This document shows, in pieces, positions 29,065-36,539 of a DNA stretch of 64,000 nt. Every line of letters starts with the position of its first letter. Position 1 is the stretch's first letter. The stretch covers positions 1-64,000 of the IMG/VR virus record IMGVR_UViG_3300032249_000925; one strand, 5' to 3'. Source of the stretch: a virus. The notes below the pieces were generated by a model that saw nothing but the letters and a program-made list of their open reading frames with translations, was not told where the DNA came from and did not search any database. The position numbers were made by a program, and so were the translations under genes.

Positions 29065-29429
29065 TGAAAGCATGGAATGAATTAAACCGATTGGAACAAT
29101 TGGCAATAACCCATTGGGATCTTTATAAAGACGCGCATGGGGTGCGTCCGCGTTGGCTTGATACTAGCCAATGGGATGAATCAGATTTTGAATTGGCGGT
29201 TACTGAATTGTATACTATTTGCGATCGCAATGAGCGTATGCGAATTGCTGATGAATCGGCCGCATTTGAAGTTGTCAAAACGCGCATTGCTGCATTGCAA
29301 GAAATGCATGGTTTTGATTGGAATGAAGCCGTTAATTGGTTACACGCTGAATACGAAACTAATGGCGATCAGGGTTATTTAGAGTTTCAATTGGGCATTG
29401 CATACGGTGCTCTTACCTTAAAGGATTGA
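29064..29429 (+). CDS. Hypothetical phage protein
   Basis: WDLYKDAHGVRPR motif seen in phage hypotheticals; GGAG RBS. Confidence 0.65.
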   Translation: MKAWNELNRLEQLAITHWDLYKDAHGVRPRWLDTSQWDESDFELAVTELYTICDRNERMRIADESAAFEVVKTRIAALQEMHGFDWNEAVNWLHAEYETNGDQGYLEFQLGIAYGALTLKD

Positions 29430-29638
29430 TCATGGATTTTTTAAATTATGACATTCTAGACTGTTGTGGTGCTTATGGTCGCAAGGCCAATTGGGACGAT
29501 TGGGTTAATGGCCTAGACTTTAAAATTATTGATGGTCCGTATTTTAGCATTAAAGATTGCAAGGAATTAAGCAAGGAATATGACGAATTGCATTTTCGTT
29601 CTGCAATGGGAATTGAATTCCGGGTGTATTTAAAATAA
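29426..29638 (+). CDS. Hypothetical phage protein
   Basis: GAYGR...DW..G.DF.I..GPY.SI motif. Confidence 0.6.
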   Translation: MIMDFLNYDILDCCGAYGRKANWDDWVNGLDFKIIDGPYFSIKDCKELSKEYDELHFRSAMGIEFRVYLK

Positions 29639-29646
29639 ATAACGAA

Positions 29647-29795
29647 ATGTGTTGCAAAAAAACAACACATGGCGCCAAAATTATACCATATAATTTTGGG
29701 ACGTGTCAAGAAAAATTTTGTAAATTTTTCGTGCTGTTGTATTTATACAACAGCTGACGCGCCAAAATTATACCACCAAAAAATTTTTTTGTCAA
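29647..29795 (-). repeat. Leftward promoter-hairpin elements, copies 4 and 5 (block resembles 28248-28392)
   Basis: Same tandem architecture; hairpins ATGTGTTG/CAACACAT and GCTGTTGTAT/ATACAACAGC. Confidence 0.8.
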
Positions 29796-29899
29796 TAGGG
29801 GAAAACCCCTATGTTGTATTTTTGCACTTCCTGGCACTTGGCGAATTTTCGTGGTATTATCTTAACTCGGCGTCGTGCCGTGGCTAACCCTTATCTATC

Positions 29900-30601
29900 G
29901 TGGCTAAAAAACAGTTTTTTGCAATTCTCGACACTGAAACCACTTGCAACGATACCGTTGCAGATTTTGCAATTGTTATTTGTGATCGTAATGGTCGCAT
30001 TTACAATAAATGCGCGGTTTTGGTTCGCAATCATTTTGATGCAATGGATCTTTTTTATGACAAAACAAAAAGCAATCAAGAAATGTGGTCGCGTGAATAT
30101 GCAAGCAAAAAGCAAACCCAATACTTTGCAATGCTTGATTCAGGTTCGCGGCAATTGGCGTCTGTTGCCGCAATCAATGGTTGGATTCAAAAAGCCATTG
30201 GCAAATACAACCCTACATTAACCGCCTACAATCTGGCTTTTGATAAACAGAAATGCCAAAATACTGGCATTGATCTTTCGGGTTTTGCTGAATCGTTTTG
30301 TTTATGGCAAGCGGCTATTGGCAATATTTGCAAAAAACAATATCGTCAATTTGCACTTGACAATCATTTGTTTAATGCTCCGACTAAGCACGGCAATATG
30401 TCGATTAAATCGACTGCTGAATCTGTTTTTGCGTTTTTAAATGGTCAATTTGTTGAAGAGCCACATACTGCATTAGAAGATGCACAAGACTTTGAGTTGC
30501 CAATTCTGGTAAACATTCTCAAAAAACGCAATTGGCGTGACAATATCATTGCACATGACTGGAAAAAATTTCAAGTCAAAGATTTTTACAAGGCAATCTA
30601 A
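29900..30601 (+). CDS. DEDDh 3'-5' exonuclease
   Basis: LDTETT, AYNLAFD, HTALEDA. Confidence 0.85.
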   Translation: MAKKQFFAILDTETTCNDTVADFAIVICDRNGRIYNKCAVLVRNHFDAMDLFYDKTKSNQEMWSREYASKKQTQYFAMLDSGSRQLASVAAINGWIQKAIGKYNPTLTAYNLAFDKQKCQNTGIDLSGFAESFCLWQAAIGNICKKQYRQFALDNHLFNAPTKHGNMSIKSTAESVFAFLNGQFVEEPHTALEDAQDFELPILVNILKKRNWRDNIIAHDWKKFQVKDFYKAI

Positions 30602-30602
30602 A

Positions 30603-30944
30603 ATGGAAAATTTAGCATATTACACTAAATTTCTGGGGTTGAAAAGCCCTGTTGAATTGACGCTTAAAACCGAGCACAATAAACATTCGGATGCAGTTTA
30701 TTGGCCTAAATTTTCCAACAAAGGCAATTTAAAAGCGCATAAAATTGTAGTATACCTGGGCAATCAAACCCCTAATTCTCGACGTACCCTAGACGAATTG
30801 ATCGCGCACGAATTGATTCACGCTTGGCAACAAGAAAACAATATAGCCGAATTTCACGGGCTTAATTTTCGTATGCTTGCAATTCAAATGAGCGACGAAT
30901 TTAATTTGCCTAATATTTACCTTGCTGATTTAGACCTCGAATAA
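30603..30944 (+). CDS. SprT-like/zincin metallopeptidase
   Basis: LIAHELIHAWQ...HG..F. Confidence 0.7.
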   Translation: MENLAYYTKFLGLKSPVELTLKTEHNKHSDAVYWPKFSNKGNLKAHKIVVYLGNQTPNSRRTLDELIAHELIHAWQQENNIAEFHGLNFRMLAIQMSDEFNLPNIYLADLDLE

Positions 30945-31004
30945 TTCACACTTGATTAACCCATCCCAACCCTGTATAATATTAACTTAACTGGAGAAAA
31001 CGCA

Positions 31005-31331
31005 ATGGCTGAAAAAACTGTAAACTATACCCCTGAGCAAACCCTGAATCTGATTGCTGATTACAAAAACGGATTTACCGTTGAGGAATTGGCTTTGCAA
31101 TTCGGCAAATCGGTTCGCTCAATTGTTGCTAAACTCTCGCGTGAGGGCGTTTACGAAAAGAAAACCTATAAAACAAAAACCGGCGAAGCAGTTGTTAAAA
31201 AAGACGCGCACGCTGATGCAATTGGTGCAATTCTCCGATTGCCAGAAAATGACATTGAATCCTTGACCAAGGCTAATAAATCGGCATTAAAAGCCATTTT
31301 TGACGCATTGGCTAATTCAAAACCCATTTAA
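31005..31331 (+). CDS. T5 A2-like DNA-binding protein, copy 2
   Basis: Near-identical C-terminal half to 26594..26920; own TTGATT-17-TATAAT promoter and GGAG RBS. Confidence 0.75.
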   Translation: MAEKTVNYTPEQTLNLIADYKNGFTVEELALQFGKSVRSIVAKLSREGVYEKKTYKTKTGEAVVKKDAHADAIGAILRLPENDIESLTKANKSALKAIFDALANSKPI

Positions 31332-31341
31332 TCGGGTATTT

Positions 31342-31369
31342 AATAAAACCGGCAATTGCCGGTTTTATT
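31342..31369. terminator. Bidirectional terminator
   Basis: Perfect palindrome aataaaaccggcaattgccggttttatt. Confidence 0.8.
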
Positions 31370-31376
31370 TTATCTA

Positions 31377-31545
31377 TATCGTTTTAAAATTTATAACGAT
31401 CGCGGCGCCGATTATACTTGTATAATCGGGGACGTGTCAAGAGGTTTTGCAAAAATACAACATAGGGACTTACCCTAATAGTCGTCTTAAATTTTGGAAC
31501 GATGTGGCGCCAAAATTATACCATAATTTTGGCGGACGTGTCAAG
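31377..31545 (-). repeat. Leftward promoter-hairpin elements, copies 6 and 7
   Basis: TTGACA-18-TATAAT with palindromes CCGATTATAC/GTATAATCGG and CGCCAAAATTAT/ATAATTTTGGCG; GGCGCC follows. Confidence 0.75.
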
Positions 31546-31549
31546 GGCT

Positions 31550-31820
31550 GGTGCAAAAATACAACATAGGGACAAACCCTAATAGGGTAAACCCTGAGGG
31601 CAAAATTTGCCGTTGTTTTTTTACCACACTGCACTTTTTGCCGTTGTTTTTTTACCACGGTAAAATATACCTGCTAAATTTTGCTACGATTGTGCACCGC
31701 AGCAAAAGGGCAAAATGCCCCTGCGCCAGTGCAAAAACTAGTGCAAATTCTTGTGGGTGCCCGGCGCCAGTGGCGAGTCAAGTGCAAATTCTTGAGGGTT
31801 ACAAGTGCAAAAACTTGCAG
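31550..31820. repeat. Noncoding repeat cluster (injection-stop-signal-like candidate)
   Basis: 22-bp direct repeat tttgccgttgtttttttaccac at 31606 and 31637; agtgcaaa x4; agtgcaaattcttg x2; gcgccagtg x2; TAGGG..CCCT inverted repeats. Confidence 0.6.
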
Positions 31821-31976
31821 TTGAATGTGTGGGTCAATCACTGTATAATAATATCTTAGACAGTTAGGAACCGATACAAACTTAGCCAGACCCTAGTAAT
31901 TTTGATCTTGATATCGACAACTGAACAGCGTATAATAGAATCTTCAACAGCGCAGAAACCAAAACACAAAGGACAT

Positions 31977-32288
31977 ATGATGACTGACAAAACTGTAAAC
32001 TACACCCCAGAGCAGACCGCTACCGTTATCGGACTTTACACCACAGGCAGCTCTGTGGAGATAATCGCCGAGCAGATGGGCAAAAGCGTGCGGTCGATTG
32101 TGGCAAAACTCTCCCGTGAGGGAGTGTACATCCCTAAGACCGCGGCTAAGGGTCAGGGCCGAGTTACTAAGGCCGACCTGATCGGTCGCCTTGCCAACAA
32201 GTTTGAGATTGATGCCACCGAAATCTCCAGCCTTGAAAAGGCTGGCATGGGTGCTCTAGAGCTCCTGGTGCAAAAAGCCGGGGCATGA
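31977..32288 (+). CDS. T5 A2-like DNA-binding protein, copy 3
   Basis: KTVNYTPEQT...KSVRSIVAKLSREGVY...SSLEKA; AAGGA RBS. Confidence 0.7.
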   Translation: MMTDKTVNYTPEQTATVIGLYTTGSSVEIIAEQMGKSVRSIVAKLSREGVYIPKTAAKGQGRVTKADLIGRLANKFEIDATEISSLEKAGMGALELLVQKAGA

Positions 32289-32313
32289 CATACCGGGGAG
32301 AAGAAATTTAATC

Positions 32314-32342
32314 TTGATTCTTCTCCCCAAACCCTGTATAAT
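32314..32342 (+). promoter_or_regulatory. sigma70 promoter of the large ncRNA candidate
   Basis: TTGATT-17bp-TATAAT; -35 overlapped by inverted repeat ggggagaagaa/ttcttctcccc. Confidence 0.75.
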
Positions 32343-32348
32343 ATTATT

Positions 32349-32923
32349 ATAGACAGTTAGGAAAGCGCGAGTCAACGACTAAGGCGCAGATACCAGTAAA
32401 CGTACCACTACCCCGCCTAGAAGCCAATGTATAGCTAGCAATTTGTAGTGCCAAGTACAAGTACTGACGACTGTTTTATCTCAATGGGTGACAGCGGCGC
32501 AGATTTGCTGCAGCGTCTTAATTGTGGAGAACTTATGTTAAGGCCGAGCCACAGCCCTGAGCAAAGAATTAAAATCCTGGACTGCTAAGACTCGCTATCT
32601 AAGGGAGGTCAGGTGGTTGTAAATACCTAAACTTACCAAGTTGTCTAGAACTTGTAAATAATTTAGACGGTATCCAAGCAACCTCAATCTGGTGTGCAAC
32701 TAGAGCAGTACTGTCCAGCGGTTAGGCCCGCTGGTTAAAATATAGGCCCAGGGTCAATGACGCAGTGTGCTAGTGCTTGCGCTAGTTGCTCTGCTAGACC
32801 CAACGCGGAATGACAGGCTACCGTAGCAAAGCGCTTTGCGAAAACCATGTCGGACCAGCATTAAAAACTGTTTACAGTTCAAAACCCCGCAAGGCGACGG
32901 CCTTAGCGGGGTTTTGTTTTTTT
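32349..32923 (+). ncRNA. Large structured noncoding RNA candidate (~575 nt)
   Basis: Bounded by a promoter and a terminator; no ORF of 60 aa or more; 5'/3' closing helix and several long-range complementary segments. Confidence 0.65.
32881..32923 (+). terminator. Intrinsic terminator
   Basis: aaaaccccgcaagg-cgacgg-ccttagcggggtttt followed by a T-tract. Confidence 0.85.
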
Positions 32924-32945
32924 GCTCAGCTTTTCATTTTTTAAG

Positions 32946-33011
32946 GTAGTCTGTTTTTGGAGGCAGACTACGGCGCCAATATTATACAGTGCAAAACCTA
33001 TTTGTGTCAAG
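32946..33011 (-). repeat. Leftward promoter-hairpin element, copy 8
   Basis: TTGACA-18-TATAAT, GGCGCC, hairpin GTAGTCTG/CAGACTAC. Confidence 0.7.
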
Positions 33012-33105
33012 TAAAAATTTTTTGTCTGACCCTAAAGCGTGGCAAATCGTCACCCAACAAAAAGCCCCAAGCAACTTTCGCTGTATGGGGCGCTTTAGGG
33101 TCAGA

Positions 33106-33429
33106 TTACGCTTTTTGGCAGTTATTTTCACTTAAACGGGTTTCTAGGACTTGTAGGATGCCTTTATTGACCTTTTCTAGACTTTCTAGGAGTTCGGGAT
33201 CCATTTTAAGCAGTTTAGCGATGTTTTCTATGTGTTCTGCCTTTTTGGTAGGTACTTCACCGCGTTTGTTTAAGTAGGTTTTCTTTTGGTAAACACCTAA
33301 ACTGCTGAGCTTGGCAATAATGCTGCGCTCCGGCACCTCGAGCTCCTGCGCGATTTTTTGGACGTGAATGCCAGTTTTGTACTGTTCAACCAGACGGTCA
33401 GTAATTTCTTTAGTATATTTCAAGTACAT
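33106..33429 (-). CDS. A2-like HTH protein, copy 4 (divergent)
   Basis: RSIIAKLSSLGVYQKKTY...KKAEH...LESLEKVNK. Confidence 0.7.
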   Translation of the reverse strand: MYLKYTKEITDRLVEQYKTGIHVQKIAQELEVPERSIIAKLSSLGVYQKKTYLNKRGEVPTKKAEHIENIAKLLKMDPELLESLEKVNKGILQVLETRLSENNCQKA

Positions 33430-33435
33430 CTCCTA

Positions 33436-34227
33436 TTAATCTTCCCAAGGCAATTTAAGCTTACCCTGGGGCATTTTAACATTAGTTTTTTCTGTGGACC
33501 CTAAAGCGTCAAAGACTTCGCCAGTTACCAGTGGCTTGGGCATCACATCCCAATTTTGTGGGTCTAGGATCATCAACTCAGTTCTAAGGCTAGGATGTGC
33601 AACCCAGATTTGGCACATAACGGTGCTCAACAATACCGGAGCTCCAGCAAATTGTGTGGCCGCCAAGCCATGCAGCTTCCATTGACTAGTAGGTTTGTTT
33701 TGCTCACCAGCTTTAGGTCCGGTTCTGGCGGTTAAGCCAAAATTTCGGATCTGGATTAGCTCTTCTGACCCTAAACCTAAACAATCTCCCCGATACTGCA
33801 TAACTTCCAACAATTCCTTATGCACTAAGCTGTCCAACCCTTCAAGCTCCCAACAATGATAGGGAATTCCTTGGTGTCGTTTCATGCCTGCTAGGACTAG
33901 TGGGACCAATTGGCTATAATTTCTACCCCACTCCGAACTCTGCGTTTTGACTAGGGCTCCACGCTTTAACTGAGTACAAACTCTCCACAAGCCTAAGTCC
34001 CAGTTGCTGGTAATGTTTTTGCGTGCTGTAGCTCGGGGGTCTAGGCGATTGTCGTCAAGTGGGACTGCCTGCCAGGTTCCAAAGTAGGCGCAAATTTGGG
34101 GCAGCATCCACAGCCCGTAAAGTTGGAGTTGGTGCTCTTCAGCTTGCTTTAGCAAATCTTCTTGATTTAAGTTGTAATAAGCGTCAAAAGGTATTAGCTT
34201 AATGTCATTTGATTTTAATTTTAGCAT
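33436..34227 (-). CDS. T5 D2-like protein
   Basis: YSQLVPLVL, QIWVAHPSLR, PLVTGEVF, LPW C-terminus resemble T5 D2. Confidence 0.7.
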   Translation of the reverse strand: MLKLKSNDIKLIPFDAYYNLNQEDLLKQAEEHQLQLYGLWMLPQICAYFGTWQAVPLDDNRLDPRATARKNITSNWDLGLWRVCTQLKRGALVKTQSSEWGRNYSQLVPLVLAGMKRHQGIPYHCWELEGLDSLVHKELLEVMQYRGDCLGLGSEELIQIRNFGLTARTGPKAGEQNKPTSQWKLHGLAATQFAGAPVLLSTVMCQIWVAHPSLRTELMILDPQNWDVMPKPLVTGEVFDALGSTEKTNVKMPQGKLKLPWED

Positions 34228-34259
34228 ATATTATAAGAAACAATTTGCCTTAGTTGTAG

Positions 34260-34397
34260 GAAATTTTTTAACTGTGTAAACTGCGAAAACTTGCACATTA
34301 CAAAAGCTGAATTTTATTAACGCTCTCCCCGTGGGGCTCAGGCGAGAGCTATAAAATTTGCTTTTTTATGTTTTCTAGTTTACTTGTAAAAAATTTC
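34260..34397. other. 138-nt imperfect hairpin in the D2 leader
   Basis: Nested complementary arms gaaatttttt/aaaaaatttc, gtaaact/agtttac, gaaaac/gttttc, aaaagc/gctttt, aattttat/ataaaatt, gctctc/gagagc. Confidence 0.7.
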
Positions 34398-34467
34398 TTT
34401 GTTTACATCTCACTAGATTTAACAATATTATAGCATAGATTTTGTTATTAGTAAAGGTGTATTTTTA

Positions 34468-34767
34468 TCAATGCTCCTCATTTTGATATGAGCTAATATG
34501 GCTGTCGAAATATTCTGGGAAATCTAAGTCAATGTTGTTGCCGTGGTCGTGTTCGTAGATCCAGTTTAAGGTATACTCAAATAGTTCTGGGCCTAGTAGT
34601 TGTTCGACCAGATCATCATATGCCCTATGCACAGGGCCGTAGTAGTTGACCTCGTTGTCTTGGTCTAAGAGCTTAAATGCCCTAGTAAGTTCTTGGTCTA
34701 CTAGTTGCGCTTGCTTGACAGTTTCGACGTATTGTTTGGCAACTTGAAATTTAGTAAGTTTACTCAT
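34468..34767 (-). CDS. Hypothetical protein
   Basis: ORF in a tightly packed minus-strand early cluster. Confidence 0.6.
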   Translation of the reverse strand: MSKLTKFQVAKQYVETVKQAQLVDQELTRAFKLLDQDNEVNYYGPVHRAYDDLVEQLLGPELFEYTLNWIYEHDHGNNIDLDFPEYFDSHISSYQNEEH

Positions 34768-34914
34768 AGTGATCTTTTAGGGTCCAGTGTTTGTAGGTTT
34801 CAGGTTCTGTAACGAGTTGGCGACTCCAGTTGAGAAGTTGCCAGCGCAAGTCGGCTTCTGTATGCGGCAGCTTGGCTGCTGCTAGTCGGATAAGTTCTGC
34901 TTGTTCAAATTTAG

Positions 34915-35316
34915 TCATTGTTTAGCTTTAGTAGGTTTGTTGCGAATAGGTGTATTTTTGTACACTACGTAGCCTGCAGCCAGGGTAAGTGGTAGTGCAA
35001 CACTAAGCGGAACGCACATTAACACTCCTAGATTATTAACAGCAGCAGCAGTCCATAGAGTAGCGTTTACTCTGTTAATATAATCCTGAGTTTGTGGTTC
35101 AAACCTGTGGATATTGGCAAGAATCAACATTTTGCTTACCGTAGCACCTACAAAACCAAGTGGATTTAATTCATATCCTGCTCCTGACTCAATTACAGCA
35201 ACTGTAGTAAGGGTATCAAGTATAGCAGCTTCTTTTGCATTAGGTACTGTAATAGTGCTGCAACCGGCGGTAAGCATGGATAAAATAACTAGTAGCGCGA
35301 TAATTTTACTACGCAT
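34915..35316 (-). CDS. Putative lipoprotein/membrane protein
   Basis: Signal peptide with lipobox LTAG-C; further hydrophobic segments. Confidence 0.6.
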   Translation of the reverse strand: MRSKIIALLVILSMLTAGCSTITVPNAKEAAILDTLTTVAVIESGAGYELNPLGFVGATVSKMLILANIHRFEPQTQDYINRVNATLWTAAAVNNLGVLMCVPLSVALPLTLAAGYVVYKNTPIRNKPTKAKQ

Positions 35317-35323
35317 ATACCAC

Positions 35324-35530
35324 CTATTGCCGAAAGTGCTCACGAATACGTTCTGCAGCTAGCGGCGCGGTTTGGCTATGCAGTGTAATCTTAACGCACT
35401 GTTCAACCACTAAGTTGCCAAACTTTTGAAGCGTGTCGTCATTAACACCTTGGGTAGTAAAACCCGCTTGCTGGTGCAACAGCTTCCACTGCTCACTAAA
35501 CATTGTTGTCACTTTCTTCGTGCATATCAA
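35324..35530 (-). CDS. Hypothetical protein
   Basis: QAGF...LQKFGNLVVEQC...IREHF phage motif. Confidence 0.55.
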   Translation of the reverse strand: MICTKKVTTMFSEQWKLLHQQAGFTTQGVNDDTLQKFGNLVVEQCVKITLHSQTAPLAAERIREHFRQ

Positions 35531-35645
35531 CCACGCTTTGTAACACGTTGTTGATTAGCTGGTTTAAGGTAATGTCCTGCTCATGTGCTAGCCGCATTAA
35601 CCTAAAAAGTTCGTTATCGTCAAGATCTAGTTCAATGGTTTCCAT
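35496..35645 (-). CDS. Small ribbon-helix-helix-like protein
   Basis: IELDLDDNELFRLMRLAHEQDITLNQLI; GGAG RBS. Confidence 0.55.
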   Translation of the reverse strand: METIELDLDDNELFRLMRLAHEQDITLNQLINNVLQSVVDMHEESDNNV

Positions 35646-35833
35646 TAGTGATAGTCTCCCATACAGTGTTGGATTAGGTAATTGTATACTGGTGTGTGGT
35701 CTAAGATCCATTGACCCTCAGGCGTTAAACCTCCAAAAGCTTTGTTTGGTGAGTGCCACCAAGCCCTAACAAAGTCCGGGCCTAATAGTCCCTCTAGCAT
35801 TAAGTCACAGCGTTGTTTTAAAATTTCTTGCAT
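35645..35833 (-). CDS. Xre/MbcA/ParS antitoxin C-terminal-like domain protein
   Basis: WWHSPNKAFGGLTP motif. Confidence 0.55.
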   Translation of the reverse strand: MQEILKQRCDLMLEGLLGPDFVRAWWHSPNKAFGGLTPEGQWILDHTPVYNYLIQHCMGDYH

Positions 35834-36207
35834 TAAGAGTGTTCCACATAAGTATCCCAAGTAATCTTAGGGTTGTCACGTTCGTATAGTTCTACTAGCT
35901 GGTCTAGTGTCCAAACGTCGTCAGTTTCAAAGGTATCCAGCCAGCGACCAAACCTGCACCAGTCTAGACTAAGCATAGGCGGCACACCAAGTTCCTCGCC
36001 GCGTGGGTCACTAGTGCCCATCACATCAATTCTACCACAACTATAGTTGTCAGTAATTAATTCCATTTTGTAGTGCTCACCAGCTTTGCGTCCAGTATAT
36101 GGATTGTCCTGTTCTTGTACGTGATGTTCTAGTGTGGTCAAACCGCGCTTACGATACCAGTCTAGGCTGACTGGCCCCATCCAGTTTGTAGAGTACTTAA
36201 CCTTCAT
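35833..36207 (-). CDS. Hypothetical protein
   Basis: Translationally coupled ORF. Confidence 0.6.
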   Translation of the reverse strand: MKVKYSTNWMGPVSLDWYRKRGLTTLEHHVQEQDNPYTGRKAGEHYKMELITDNYSCGRIDVMGTSDPRGEELGVPPMLSLDWCRFGRWLDTFETDDVWTLDQLVELYERDNPKITWDTYVEHS

Positions 36208-36539
36208 GCTATTAACCAGTTAATTTTGTCTTTGAGCATTATAGTTTCAATACCATCATACTCCTTGATAATAAACTCCTGCCCCTGTTTAATCCAGGTC
36301 AACTTAAGGCCATCAAATCCGCGAAAGGCAACTTCTGGATGTGCGTGCTCAAGGTATAAACGGGCAGCATACTCAGCCTCGTGCTCTTGTTCGCTACCAC
36401 AATCAGTGCCCAACCAGCGCAAGTAGTGACCAATAAGTTCACGATCAAACATAGTTTCAGGATACCAAGTAGCCCAAGCCGTGCCCCAATCGTCGCTGTG
36501 GATAATGGCTACTTCACCGTTTAACACATATTTTTGCAT
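36204..36539 (-). CDS. Hypothetical phage protein
   Basis: VAI..S..WG.AW.TW...F.I.EYDG.E motif. Confidence 0.65.
   Translation of the reverse strand: MQKYVLNGEVAIIHSDDWGTAWATWYPETMFDRELIGHYLRWLGTDCGSEQEHEAEYAARLYLEHAHPEVAFRGFDGLKLTWIKQGQEFIIKEYDGIETIMLKDKINWLIA

Noticed and set aside
31470-31859. ORFs 31551-31859 (+) and 31470-31658 (-)
   Set aside because: They lie across repeat/promoter elements, lack an RBS and have implausible composition
32349-32923. Group I intron, RNase P RNA or tRNA cluster as explanation for the large RNA
   Set aside because: It interrupts no gene, and I see no GTTCRA T-loops or recognisable RNase P P4 / group I P7 motifs by eye; a covariance search is still needed
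27545-32977. Recurrent GGCGCC as T5-type programmed nick sites
   Set aside because: It superficially resembles GCGC-containing T5 nick motifs, but nearly all copies sit at a fixed distance from a -10 box; nicking cannot be supported from sequence alone
27519-33011. Repeats read as a CRISPR array or RNA anti-CRISPR repeat mimics
   Set aside because: Spacing is irregular with whole genes between copies, the repeats are promoter consensus sequences, there are no cas genes, and I recognise no CRISPR repeat family
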